A DNA stretch of 64,000 bases. Source: a virus. Taxonomy: Duplodnaviria > Heunggongvirae > Uroviricota > Caudoviricetes. The DNA is taken from positions 161,291 to 225,290 of the IMG/VR virus record IMGVR_UViG_3300021431_002946, one strand, 5' to 3'. A program made the position numbers and the translations under genes. The number at the start of each line of letters is the position of its first letter. The stretch's first letter is position 1. The notes under the pieces were generated by a model, which saw only the letters and a program-made list of their open reading frames with translations, was not told the DNA's origin and searched no databases. Shown piece by piece: positions 40,925 through 50,039 of the stretch.

Positions 40925-43204
40925 ATGGGTATTCGTAATATTTATACTTTATTATTTATAATTTGTACAATAATACAGCTTGTTTGTGTATATAAAGCAC
41001 GTCAAGCTAAAAAACCTAGTTCAAAATATATTATTTATTTTAATTTATCAATTGCAATTATTTGTGCTGCGAATTTTATAGTTAATATATCAACGAATAG
41101 GACATTATCGCTTGTTGGATATTATTTTTATTATAACGGAATGACTCTTACATTAATATCTTTAATAGCATTTACAAATTGTTATTGTCAAGATATTGAT
41201 AAAAAGAAAAAGCATGGTAAACCTATTAAGTTATATATTATAGGTGGATTAGATATATTACAATTAAATATTGGATTATTTACAAAACACATTATAAAAT
41301 TAAATGAAATAATAATAGATAATAGTGTATATTATAAAGCAACTCCATTAATAGGATTAACTATACATAGAATTATCAATTATGGATTATTTTTTGCAGT
41401 ATTATTAATCTTTACATTAGGTGTAATAAAATCATCAAGATTATATAAAGAAAAATATTGGGTTATACTAATAACATTAATAGTCGGTGGTATATCACAA
41501 GCTATATTTATTATTTTAAAATCTAGTATTGATGGTGCAGTTATTGCACATGCAATAACAGGTGTTTGTATTTATTTCTTTGCTATTAAATATAAACCAA
41601 TGAAATTATTAGATACATTACTTATGAATGTTACATCTAACTTAAATGATGCTATTTTAGTATTTGATGATTATAATAAATGTATTTGGGCAAATGAAAA
41701 TGCGCATAAATTATTAAATACTAGAGGAGATGTAACAAAATTAAAAGATAATTTATTTGAAATGTTTGGAGATCTTTCAAATAAAGGTGAAGAATGGACA
41801 GAAAAAATTTATGTTAAAGAAACTGATAGATATTTTACATTAGAAAAGAAATCAGTTAACTCAATTGATAAATTAGAAGGTTCATTCTTGGTTATTGAAG
41901 ATAATACTGAACGTAAAAAAGCAGTTGATAAAGAATTATACGAGTCTATGCATGATAGACTTACAGGTCTTTATAATGTAACAACTCTTTATAAACTAAT
42001 GCGAGAAATAATTGCTGTAAATAAAGATAAAGACTATTGTGCAATATATCTTAATGTTAAAAACTTTAAAATTATAAATGATATATTTGGTACTAAATTT
42101 GGTGATAGAGCCTTAATTAAGATTGCAAATATATTAAAAGATAAAATTAAAGGCGAAGATGTTATTATTGCAAGATTAGTTGGAGATACATTTGGTATAT
42201 TTATGCCTACTGAAATGTATAATGATAAACTATTCATGAATATGTTCTCTAATTTTAAAATTAAAGCAAATAAATATACTGAACATCAATTGTGTATTCA
42301 TATTGGAGTTTATAAGATCTTAGATAAAAAATTAGATCCATCTGTAATGTTTGATAGAGCACATCTTGCAGTATTGATAATTACAGAAAATTATAAAACA
42401 ACAATAAAATTTTATGATGAAAAATTACGTCAAAATATCTTAGAAGAACAACAACTTGCAATTGGATTATCAAAGGCATTAAATGAGGATCAAATTATAC
42501 CATACTTGCAACCAATTACTGACGTATATGGAAAAGTTGTAGGTGCAGAAGCTTTAGCAAGATGGATTCATCCAGAGCTTGGTTTTATGCCTCCTGGAAA
42601 ATTTATTCCTATATTTGAGAAAAATGGTATGATTGCTGAAGTAGATAAACATATATGGAGACATGTATGTGAAATACTTCAGTCTTGGAAAACAAAATAT
42701 CCAAATTTATTTTTATCAATCAATATTTCACCAAAAGATTTCTATTTCTTAGATGTTATTCAAGTTATTACAGATTTAGTAGAAGAATTTGAAATTGAGT
42801 CTAAAAAATTAAGAATAGAAATCACTGAAACTGCTATGATGACAGATCAAGAAGAAAAGTTAAAAATATTTAACACTTTAAGAGAAAAAGGATTTATAGT
42901 AGAAATGGATGATTTTGGCAGTGGATTCTCATCATTGAATTTATTAAAAGATCTTCCAGTCGATGTATTAAAGATTGATATGAACTTCTTATCTAAAGAT
43001 GAAAATGAAAGATCAAAAACAATTGTTAAAAATGTAATAAATCTTTCAAATGATTTACATCTTACAACTCTTACTGAAGGTGTAGAAACATTAAAACAAT
43101 ATAGTGACCTAATTGATATGGGAAGTGTATTATTCCAAGGTTATTATTTTGCAAAACCTATGCCTTTAGAAGAATTTGAAGAATTCGCAGATAATCATAT
43201 TTAA
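40925..43204 (+). CDS. membrane sensor-PAS-degenerate GGDEF-EAL phosphodiesterase, paralog of 37162
   Basis: VGDTF, GAEALARW, DDFGSGFSSL. Confidence 0.9.
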   Translation: MGIRNIYTLLFIICTIIQLVCVYKARQAKKPSSKYIIYFNLSIAIICAANFIVNISTNRTLSLVGYYFYYNGMTLTLISLIAFTNCYCQDIDKKKKHGKPIKLYIIGGLDILQLNIGLFTKHIIKLNEIIIDNSVYYKATPLIGLTIHRIINYGLFFAVLLIFTLGVIKSSRLYKEKYWVILITLIVGGISQAIFIILKSSIDGAVIAHAITGVCIYFFAIKYKPMKLLDTLLMNVTSNLNDAILVFDDYNKCIWANENAHKLLNTRGDVTKLKDNLFEMFGDLSNKGEEWTEKIYVKETDRYFTLEKKSVNSIDKLEGSFLVIEDNTERKKAVDKELYESMHDRLTGLYNVTTLYKLMREIIAVNKDKDYCAIYLNVKNFKIINDIFGTKFGDRALIKIANILKDKIKGEDVIIARLVGDTFGIFMPTEMYNDKLFMNMFSNFKIKANKYTEHQLCIHIGVYKILDKKLDPSVMFDRAHLAVLIITENYKTTIKFYDEKLRQNILEEQQLAIGLSKALNEDQIIPYLQPITDVYGKVVGAEALARWIHPELGFMPPGKFIPIFEKNGMIAEVDKHIWRHVCEILQSWKTKYPNLFLSINISPKDFYFLDVIQVITDLVEEFEIESKKLRIEITETAMMTDQEEKLKIFNTLREKGFIVEMDDFGSGFSSLNLLKDLPVDVLKIDMNFLSKDENERSKTIVKNVINLSNDLHLTTLTEGVETLKQYSDLIDMGSVLFQGYYFAKPMPLEEFEEFADNHI

Positions 43205-43205
43205 T

Positions 43206-43271
43206 AGGCTATTTAAATATAATAGTGGATGAGATAAAATACCTTACTCTTTTGGGTAAGGTATATTTTTT
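43206..43271 (+). promoter_or_regulatory. motif-plus-hairpin cassette E
   Basis: aggctatttaaatataatagtgga then ataccttactc/gggtaaggtat plus T tract. Confidence 0.65.
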
Positions 43272-43295
43272 ATATAAAAAAGGAGAATAAATAAT

Positions 43296-43643
43296 ATGTC
43301 TGTAATAGTATATTGTGGAATTATTGAGAATTTAATATTTAATTATACTGTATTTTCTAAAAAATGTGAAGAAGAAGATGGAAAATATTTATTAGAAATA
43401 CCTACTAGTTATTTAGATCTATTTTATAATAACAACTTATATCCTTTTATATATATTGATAAAAATAAAATAGATAAATTAAATGATATGGAAATGTATA
43501 GTATAAAAGCAAGAGTTGTATATAGTACAAATAAAGATGAAATTTTTACTATAGTTGATCATGAAAGACTTAAACATTTAGAACTTGCAAAACGTCAAGT
43601 TGAATTACTTGAAAAACCAATACAAATTAAAAATTTTGAATAA
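43296..43643 (+). CDS. hypothetical protein
   Basis: ORF with SD. Confidence 0.55.
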   Translation: MSVIVYCGIIENLIFNYTVFSKKCEEEDGKYLLEIPTSYLDLFYNNNLYPFIYIDKNKIDKLNDMEMYSIKARVVYSTNKDEIFTIVDHERLKHLELAKRQVELLEKPIQIKNFE

Positions 43644-43657
43644 AGGAGATTTTTAGT

Positions 43658-43939
43658 ATGAAATATTATTTAGGAAAATTATGTTATGCAGCAAATATTG
43701 ATCGTGAAATTTGTGATAATATAGCTGAAATTATTCTTATACAATCAGATGATGATTTAACTGAAGTACACCAAAGTGAATTAGAAAAATATTATGAAAT
43801 TCAAGAGTTACTTGAACAAAATGATTGTGAAGAACTTCATTTAGAAGAAATTGATGAAAAAGAATATGAAGAAGAATGGGTACCTGCAGCAAAAGAAGGA
43901 AAAATGGTATCTTTATTTATAAATAAGAGTATGTTATAA
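43658..43939 (+). CDS. acidic hypothetical protein
   Basis: ORF with SD. Confidence 0.55.
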   Translation: MKYYLGKLCYAANIDREICDNIAEIILIQSDDDLTEVHQSELEKYYEIQELLEQNDCEELHLEEIDEKEYEEEWVPAAKEGKMVSLFINKSML

Positions 43940-43950
43940 GGAGAATTAAA

Positions 43951-45447
43951 ATGGATCCTCGTGAAGAAAGATTAGAGTTTGAATGGGGAAAATTAAAATT
44001 TGCAAAAGAAACTATTAAAAATGGAATAGAAAATACTTTAAATCATGCAAATTTTAGAAATGTTGGTAGATATGTAAAATATGATTTATATAAACCAGAA
44101 CACGAAAATAAGTATTTAAATATTACATTAGCAAAAAATTTTAATTTTTGGACTGTAACTGTATTTGAATATGAACAAAATTCTAGATTAACTTCTATAT
44201 TTATTCATAATGGAAATGATCTTATTATTGGAAATAAATGTTTAGCATTTTATTATCTTCCTATTGAAAAAGATAATAGAGGTCATGCAGTATTTGAAAG
44301 TACAGATAAAGATTCATTTGATATTGCTTGTGCTAAATATAAAATTGAAGTTGGAGATACTTCTCCTGAATATATAGCATATAAAAATGCTTTAGAAGAA
44401 TGTAATAAATTTGTAACAGAAATAAAAGATAGAGTATATCAAGCAGTATCTAATTTAAGCTGGAAAAATTATATAAATAGAATGAAAAAGATATTTGAAG
44501 ATTATAGTCAATATACAAAAGATACATTAGAAATCAATAATGCAATTACTGTTAATGATGTTACAAAATTTGTTAAAATTGATTTTACTGATATGATTGA
44601 TAGTATTATTACAATAAATCATTCATCTGAAAAAGATATTGAATTATTTAAACGTGTATTTATGGTATCATTAAAAAGATCAAATCATGCATTTAAAGAA
44701 GCATCTGTACGCGCGCATATAAAAGCTCAAGTTAAAAAAGTTGGTATTGATGAATATGTAAAAAATATTGAAATTGACAGTAGTATTGATCTTGGTAGTT
44801 TTGATTGTGTTCAAAAATTAATTATTGGTCAGTCAAAAACATATGATAATATTATAGATGAATCTTTTAAAAATATTACAGATCTTGAATTATTAGCAAA
44901 AAGTATTAATCAATTACTTAAACTTTATTACGAATATAGACATATAAATGAGCAAAATGCAACTAGACTTGCAAAATTCTTAATTGATAATTCTTTAACT
45001 AAAAGTATTTTTACAAGTAAAGTAAAAGAAACTGAAGCTGGTGGAAGATATTTTAGAAATCATAGTAATAGTGCTGATAATTTATCTGATATAACTCATA
45101 GATATTTATTTGTTGCAAAGATTAGAAAATCAGTAGCAAATAAACAAAATTCTGAAGGTAAATGGATAAAAGAAGAATCAACTGCAGAATTTAATGATTT
45201 ACTTATCATGAGATTGTTAGATTTAGTACCTGCATTTAATTTAGAACATAAACATCGTACTGAAATTGGAACTATTACTGGAAATAGTGAAGATAATACA
45301 ATTATAATTGATGCAATTTCATATGAAAGAAAAGATGCAGAAAAAACTACTGGTGCTAGATTAGCAGATTTAGTTGAAATGTATAATGAAAAATATAATG
45401 ATGTCTTATTCTTAAAATATATAAAAGTTGAATGCATTGATAAATAA
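43951..45447 (+). CDS. hypothetical protein, G.RL..L..LYN C-terminal family
   Basis: TTGARLADLVEMYNE. Confidence 0.65.
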   Translation: MDPREERLEFEWGKLKFAKETIKNGIENTLNHANFRNVGRYVKYDLYKPEHENKYLNITLAKNFNFWTVTVFEYEQNSRLTSIFIHNGNDLIIGNKCLAFYYLPIEKDNRGHAVFESTDKDSFDIACAKYKIEVGDTSPEYIAYKNALEECNKFVTEIKDRVYQAVSNLSWKNYINRMKKIFEDYSQYTKDTLEINNAITVNDVTKFVKIDFTDMIDSIITINHSSEKDIELFKRVFMVSLKRSNHAFKEASVRAHIKAQVKKVGIDEYVKNIEIDSSIDLGSFDCVQKLIIGQSKTYDNIIDESFKNITDLELLAKSINQLLKLYYEYRHINEQNATRLAKFLIDNSLTKSIFTSKVKETEAGGRYFRNHSNSADNLSDITHRYLFVAKIRKSVANKQNSEGKWIKEESTAEFNDLLIMRLLDLVPAFNLEHKHRTEIGTITGNSEDNTIIIDAISYERKDAEKTTGARLADLVEMYNEKYNDVLFLKYIKVECIDK

Positions 45448-45496
45448 TTAAAAATTTATTTACTTTTCAAAATAAATGTATTATAAAGATTATAAG

Positions 45497-45542
45497 AAAA
45501 GCTTAATTATTGCATTTATTTGTAAATAATTAAGCTTTTTTT
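45497..45542 (+). terminator. long hairpin or terminator
   Basis: aaaagcttaattatt/aataattaagcttttt. Confidence 0.6.
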
Positions 45543-45575
45543 CTTTAAATTTAGAAAGAGAAAGGAATTTGAAAA

Positions 45576-45905
45576 ATGACAGACGCTAAGAGAATTGATT
45601 ATTATAAGAGTCTAATTAATACTGATAGATACTTTGATGTTGCAGGAGCAATTCTTATGACCGGTGGTTTTACACTACCTGTACTTGATTATATAGAAGA
45701 TGGAAATTATTTTATTTCTAATGCTCCAGATAATGAATTTGAAGGTGTAAAGTATTATACAAGACTTGATATTACTCCTTCAACTCGTAATGAAAATGAT
45801 TTTGCAGGAGTATTTAGTTTTGGTACATTTGACGAAAACAATAATTGGCAGCATTTTACAAATGTTGGTTATATTCTTTATCAGAATGGAGAATGGACTT
45901 TATAA
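45576..45905 (+). CDS. hypothetical protein
   Basis: ORF with SD. Confidence 0.6.
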   Translation: MTDAKRIDYYKSLINTDRYFDVAGAILMTGGFTLPVLDYIEDGNYFISNAPDNEFEGVKYYTRLDITPSTRNENDFAGVFSFGTFDENNNWQHFTNVGYILYQNGEWTL

Positions 45906-45965
45906 AAGACTATTTAATTTAATAGACATGTATGGAAATGACCGGTTACAAAACTGGTCATTTTT
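45904..45965 (+). promoter_or_regulatory. motif-plus-hairpin cassette F
   Basis: aaaagactatttaatttaatag..atgga then aaatgaccggtt/aactggtcattttt. Confidence 0.65.
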
Positions 45966-45987
45966 AATTTAAGAAAGGAGAATAGAA

Positions 45988-47706
45988 ATGTCATTAGGAA
46001 CAATTAAAACAGGCCAATATGGAAAATATTATTCATATTATTATGACCATAAATGGCAAAATCTTGGATTAAAAGATCAAGGCATTAATTTAACACCAGA
46101 TCAAATTGATGAACTTATTACAAAAGAAATATTAGTATTTAAAGATGATAATAATAATGATGTTACTGCAAAGCTTATTACTTATTATAATGAAAAGAAA
46201 AAACAATATTGTAAATATATTCATTATGCAGGTGGATCTGTTATAAATGCAGATATTAACGCAGATTTAGCAACACTTGAAAAGTATAAAGGAAAGATTG
46301 TTCAAATTTTCTCAGAAAATAAAGAGTATTGGAATGATAAGAAAACTGAAAAGTTCATTAATAATACACTTAAATTATCTCAACCTTATTATTGCAAATC
46401 ACAAATTACAATTGTACCTACTTTTATGAAAGTAGAAATTTATTATGGTAAGTCTAGAAAAGATACTTCAAATATATTAATGACAATGTATTTGAAACAA
46501 ACTGGTAATAGATTAGCTATTGATTATTATCATACAGATGAGTATAAAGAAGCAACAGAAGCTGAATACAGAGTAGAAGAAGCTCAAGTTGAAGCTGAAA
46601 AGAAAGCAAAAGAAGCAAAGATTGCAGCTTCTAGAAATATGTATGATCAGAAAAAAGCAGAAGCAAAACATTGGATTAATTCTTTATGTGATCAAATCTG
46701 GGGTACTCCTCGTGAAAAGAAATCTAGAGAAGAAGTATTAAAAGCTGTATTACCTATGGTTCAAGGTATACCAAATTCAATAACAGCTTCTTCTTATGTA
46801 CCTAGACCTGTTCATGAAATATTAACTGATGCAACAGTTGATGCTTTTTATAATTGGGCAAACTGGAAAATTGAAGAACCTGAATATTGGGAAGAACAAT
46901 ATGATAAATTAAAGAATTTAGTTTTAAGAGATTTACGTCAATGGTATGACTATGCTGTACTTAAGAATGTAAGACATAGTATATATAAAGATGTAGTTGA
47001 AAATGGTCTTGGAGCTGTTGTAGATCCAATAAATTTTGATGATGCATTAAATTTAGATGTATTTACTAAATTTAAAAAAGCAATCAAAGCAAAGGCTATT
47101 GATGCTCCTAAATATATTTGTTATGAAATGTTTCTTGATGTATTAGAGCCTGAACAATTAAGACAGAATATCTTAAATATGCTTAAAACATATCATGAAT
47201 TCTATGATTTTCCTGCTAAAGATATTAAATCTCTTGCAAAATTCATTGCAACTCATAATTTGAAAGATTATTATGATAGAATTATGGATTTTGATGAAGC
47301 AATTGAAGTTATTATTGATCATTCAAAAGATAAAGCATTCAAAAAGAGAGTATTATCTAGTATTGCAGGTGGTGGAAGAATAGATTTATCATTCTTACAA
47401 CAGAAGAGCTTCTATTTTGAAAAGAAAGCTCAAGTTAAGGAAGATAGAGCTGTTTGGGATCCAATAAAAGTATTAGATGACTTAAAAGCATTAATTCCAG
47501 AGTATAATTTTGGTTCTGATGTTGCAGTTATGACAAATGTAATACTTGATGCAGATGGATATACATATACATTCCAATTCTATACGTTCTCAGAAGACGC
47601 AAATGGTAATGATATGGATGGAAGAAGATTACAGTATATAACAAGATTATATAATAGAGATAAAAATGAAAAGAATAAACTTTATTTTAGATATAATTTA
47701 GACTAA
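45988..47706 (+). CDS. hypothetical protein, G.RL..L..LYN C-terminal family
   Basis: MDGRRLQYITRLYNR. Confidence 0.7.
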   Translation: MSLGTIKTGQYGKYYSYYYDHKWQNLGLKDQGINLTPDQIDELITKEILVFKDDNNNDVTAKLITYYNEKKKQYCKYIHYAGGSVINADINADLATLEKYKGKIVQIFSENKEYWNDKKTEKFINNTLKLSQPYYCKSQITIVPTFMKVEIYYGKSRKDTSNILMTMYLKQTGNRLAIDYYHTDEYKEATEAEYRVEEAQVEAEKKAKEAKIAASRNMYDQKKAEAKHWINSLCDQIWGTPREKKSREEVLKAVLPMVQGIPNSITASSYVPRPVHEILTDATVDAFYNWANWKIEEPEYWEEQYDKLKNLVLRDLRQWYDYAVLKNVRHSIYKDVVENGLGAVVDPINFDDALNLDVFTKFKKAIKAKAIDAPKYICYEMFLDVLEPEQLRQNILNMLKTYHEFYDFPAKDIKSLAKFIATHNLKDYYDRIMDFDEAIEVIIDHSKDKAFKKRVLSSIAGGGRIDLSFLQQKSFYFEKKAQVKEDRAVWDPIKVLDDLKALIPEYNFGSDVAVMTNVILDADGYTYTFQFYTFSEDANGNDMDGRRLQYITRLYNRDKNEKNKLYFRYNLD

Positions 47707-47727
47707 AGGCTATTTAATTATACTATA
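47705..47727 (+). promoter_or_regulatory. cassette motif directly upstream of a small gene
   Basis: aaaggctatttaattatactata. Confidence 0.5.
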
Positions 47728-47750
47728 ACAGTAGAAAGGAAATTAATCTA

Positions 47751-47978
47751 ATGACTATTGATGAACTTTATGAGAAAATTAAACCGATTTTTAATGCAAT
47801 AAATTATCCTGTACCTGGATTTGATTTTATTCAAGAGACAGGAGATTTTGTATCAAATGAATACTATACTAAAGATGATGTAGATTATATTGTACTTGTT
47901 AATTCTGCAGGTAAAGTTGCTTATGGATTGACTGATGGTGTAGTATTTACTGAGTGTGGAGTATTAGGTTATATTTAA
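47751..47978 (+). CDS. small hypothetical protein
   Basis: ORF with SD between the motif and a terminator. Confidence 0.6.
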   Translation: MTIDELYEKIKPIFNAINYPVPGFDFIQETGDFVSNEYYTKDDVDYIVLVNSAGKVAYGLTDGVVFTECGVLGYI

Positions 47979-47982
47979 AAAG

Positions 47983-48012
47983 ATAAGCTAGTCATTCGTG
48001 GCTAGCTTATTT
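47983..48012 (+). terminator. intrinsic terminator
   Basis: ataagctagtca/tggctagcttat. Confidence 0.65.
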
Positions 48013-48048
48013 GTACAAAAATAGTTATAAAATTATAATAATTTTTAG

Positions 48049-48077
48049 TTTACAAGTAAAAAAGAGCATTATATAAT
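48049..48077 (+). promoter_or_regulatory. sigmaA-type promoter
   Basis: TTTACA-N17-TATAAT. Confidence 0.6.
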
Positions 48078-48111
48078 ACAATTAAGTATTATATTAGAAA
48101 GGAGTAATGTC

Positions 48112-48360
48112 ATGAAATGTCCTGATTGTAACGAGCACATGGGTGTAACTAATACATATGATGGTGAATTAGTAACAAATTATTTAAAGTATATTTCAAA
48201 TGGAATTGCACAAGTTACTAACCCAGATCAGCTGGTTATTAGAAGAAGGAAGTGCCCAAAATGCGGTGTATACAGGTATTCAATTGAGATACTTGATCAG
48301 CCTATTAAAGTTAATAATATGATGCGACATACACTCAAGCAGAAGTTTTCAAAAGATTGA
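48112..48360 (+). CDS. NrdR-N-terminus-like zinc-ribbon protein
   Basis: MKCPDC...V.NT...IRRRKCPKCG....SIE. Confidence 0.65.
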   Translation: MKCPDCNEHMGVTNTYDGELVTNYLKYISNGIAQVTNPDQLVIRRRKCPKCGVYRYSIEILDQPIKVNNMMRHTLKQKFSKD

Positions 48361-48361
48361 T

Positions 48362-48416
48362 AAGCTATTTATATATAATAAATATAAGGTCTTTAATTTT
48401 TGTTAAAGGCCTTTTT
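48362..48416 (+). promoter_or_regulatory. motif-plus-hairpin cassette H (variant)
   Basis: aagctatttatatataata then aaggtctttaa/ttaaaggccttttt. Confidence 0.5.
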
Positions 48417-48438
48417 AATTGAAGTGTGAGGAAATTAT

Positions 48439-48762
48439 ATGGCAAAAATTAAACAAAGTAACCCTCTGTATATGGTTAGAACTTCTGTAGAGGATCAGGA
48501 ACGTGCGTTGTTTATTTCAAAGGCGCTTGTAAATTCTCACGCAGCTGTATCAGTTCATATAACTGAGGTAATTAGTACATTTGAATGGGAAGGATCTGTA
48601 GATACTATGAATGAGTATGAAATGACTATACTATGTACAGATCTTGAAAAAGTTAAAAAAATTATAAGTACATATCATACTTATAAGTTACCAGAATTTA
48701 TTTATGTAAAATTAGAGTCTTCTAAAGAAATAAATAAATGGTGTAATGATTGGTGTAAATAA
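48439..48762 (+). CDS. cutA: CutA-like divalent-cation tolerance protein
   Basis: A..ISKALV...AA.SV....V.STFEWEG......E, HTYKLPEFI. Confidence 0.75.
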   Translation: MAKIKQSNPLYMVRTSVEDQERALFISKALVNSHAAVSVHITEVISTFEWEGSVDTMNEYEMTILCTDLEKVKKIISTYHTYKLPEFIYVKLESSKEINKWCNDWCK

Positions 48763-48774
48763 TTGGAGGAAATT

Positions 48775-49161
48775 ATGAGTAAAATTTACGAATCTGAAGA
48801 AGAGGTAAAGTGGTCAGAAAAGAAACGCTGGGCACTATTTGGACTTCCATGGACTTTTACTACATATAGTCTTACTGAAGATAAACTCTTAATTGACTCT
48901 GGATTATTAGTACAAAAACAAGAAGAAATATTATTATATAGGGTATTAGACATTACTTTAACTAGAAATGTAATTCAAAGAATGTTTAAACTTGGTACAG
49001 TTAAATTAAGAGCTGCAGATCAAAGCACTCCTTATTTGGAATTAAAAAACATTCCTAATGCTAAAAATGTTAAAAATATGCTTTCAAAGTATGTTGAACT
49101 AGCAAAAGATAAGAAGCGTGTTGGTTCTAGTGAATTAATGGGTACAGTTAGGGATTTTTAA
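48775..49161 (+). CDS. bacterial PH-domain (bPH_2) protein
   Basis: YSLTEDKLLIDSGLL...EILLYRVLDI...QRMFKLGTV. Confidence 0.75.
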   Translation: MSKIYESEEEVKWSEKKRWALFGLPWTFTTYSLTEDKLLIDSGLLVQKQEEILLYRVLDITLTRNVIQRMFKLGTVKLRAADQSTPYLELKNIPNAKNVKNMLSKYVELAKDKKRVGSSELMGTVRDF

Positions 49162-49162
49162 T

Positions 49163-49333
49163 ATGAAAAATAAATCATTTAATACAAAAGTGATAATAAT
49201 TTCTATTATAATTTGTACTATTATTTTAATAGCAAGTATAATTGGTATATTATTTATAAATTATAAATTAAATATATCTAAACCTCTAAATTTACCTAAA
49301 CTAGAACAATCTGAAATGAGAGAAACATACTAA
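49163..49333 (+). CDS. small single-TM protein (56 aa, not in ORF track)
   Basis: MKNKSFNTK followed by a long hydrophobic stretch. Confidence 0.45.
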   Translation: MKNKSFNTKVIIISIIICTIILIASIIGILFINYKLNISKPLNLPKLEQSEMRETY

Positions 49334-49403
49334 ATACTGTCAAAGAATCCTAATGATGAGGAGTATAAATGGTAATATTGAAAGAAAATTATGGAGGTAA
49401 TTT

Positions 49404-49490
49404 ATGAGAAAAATAAGAAAGAGAGGTGATGGTCTATATTCTAGCACTAAAAATGCAATTTTTACACATAATTGCGGTGCTAGAGTATAG
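49404..49490 (+). CDS. IntC-like micro-ORF MRKIRKRGDGLYSSTKNAIFTHN|CGARV (first frame of a recoded gene)
   Basis: GGAGG SD; THN|C intein C-terminal junction. Confidence 0.65.
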   Translation: MRKIRKRGDGLYSSTKNAIFTHNCGARV

Positions 49491-49494
49491 AACC
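49431..49494 (+). other. long RNA hairpin spanning the recoding site
   Basis: ggtctatattctagcac (49431-47) pairs with gtgctagagtatagaacc (49477-94); inner gcaatt/aattgc stem. Confidence 0.7.
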
Positions 49495-49500
49495 AACCAA

Positions 49501-49848
49501 GTAGTTTGTGGAAGACTGGAAAATATTCCTTCACAAATGGCATTAGGTTCTACGCTTGGTACAACAATTGATGGTTCTCATAAAGGTGCTGGTATCACTA
49601 AAATGCAAGGTGAAATTGCACGTGTACAATATTATTTTGAGAATCAAAGTTGGATTGTCGATACATATTTTAAACAAAGAGGTCTAAATAAATTAGGTTA
49701 TTTAGATAGTCAACCTCAAGAGAAAGAAGATATAATTCTTGAAGGTAATATAGAGTTAGATAATACAAACTCTAAAACAGTTATTGATTTTGATGGTCAA
49801 CACGCAGAAATAGATAGCAGAAAAGATCAAAAATTTGAAGAATTATAA
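49501..49848 (+). CDS. C-terminal fragment of an FtsK/SpoIIIE (TcpA-like) ATPase, +1 frame relative to 49404
   Basis: VVCGRLENIPSQMALG...KGAGI...RVQYYF matches the FtsK RIAF.VSS..DSRTIL region in register. Confidence 0.6.
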   Translation, partial: VVCGRLENIPSQMALGSTLGTTIDGSHKGAGITKMQGEIARVQYYFENQSWIVDTYFKQRGLNKLGYLDSQPQEKEDIILEGNIELDNTNSKTVIDFDGQHAEIDSRKDQKFEEL

Positions 49849-49868
49849 TTTATATTTTCCATAATTAA

Positions 49869-50001
49869 CGTAATACAAATGTAATAATTTTGTATTACGT
49901 GGAGAATTGTCATACTTATTTGATATATATAGATACAAGTAGAGACACAATATTATATAAATAATAATAATAATTAAATAATAATAATAATTATTATTAT
50001 A
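49869..50001. repeat. inverted repeat plus (AAT)n tract, possible origin or operator
   Basis: acgtaatacaaa/tttgtattacgt; repeated aataataataataatt. Confidence 0.4.
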
Positions 50002-50039
50002 CATTACTGCAAAAATTTATTGAAAGGAGGATACGTTAT

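Noticed and set aside
22804-45972. Nested + strand ORFs 22804-22989, 40715-40921 and 45766-45972
   Set aside because: They are alternative frames inside better-supported genes, with no SD or motifs.
13650-48416. Dispersed cassettes as a CRISPR array
   Set aside because: They are not tandem, have no constant repeat-spacer period, and no cas genes are present.
49426-49500. Track start of the 49426-49848 ORF (MMVYILALK...)
   Set aside because: The strongest SD (GGAGG) serves ATG 49404, whose frame carries THN|CGARV; FtsK similarity in the 49426 frame begins only at about 49501. A weaker GAGAGG nearby means internal initiation is not fully excluded.
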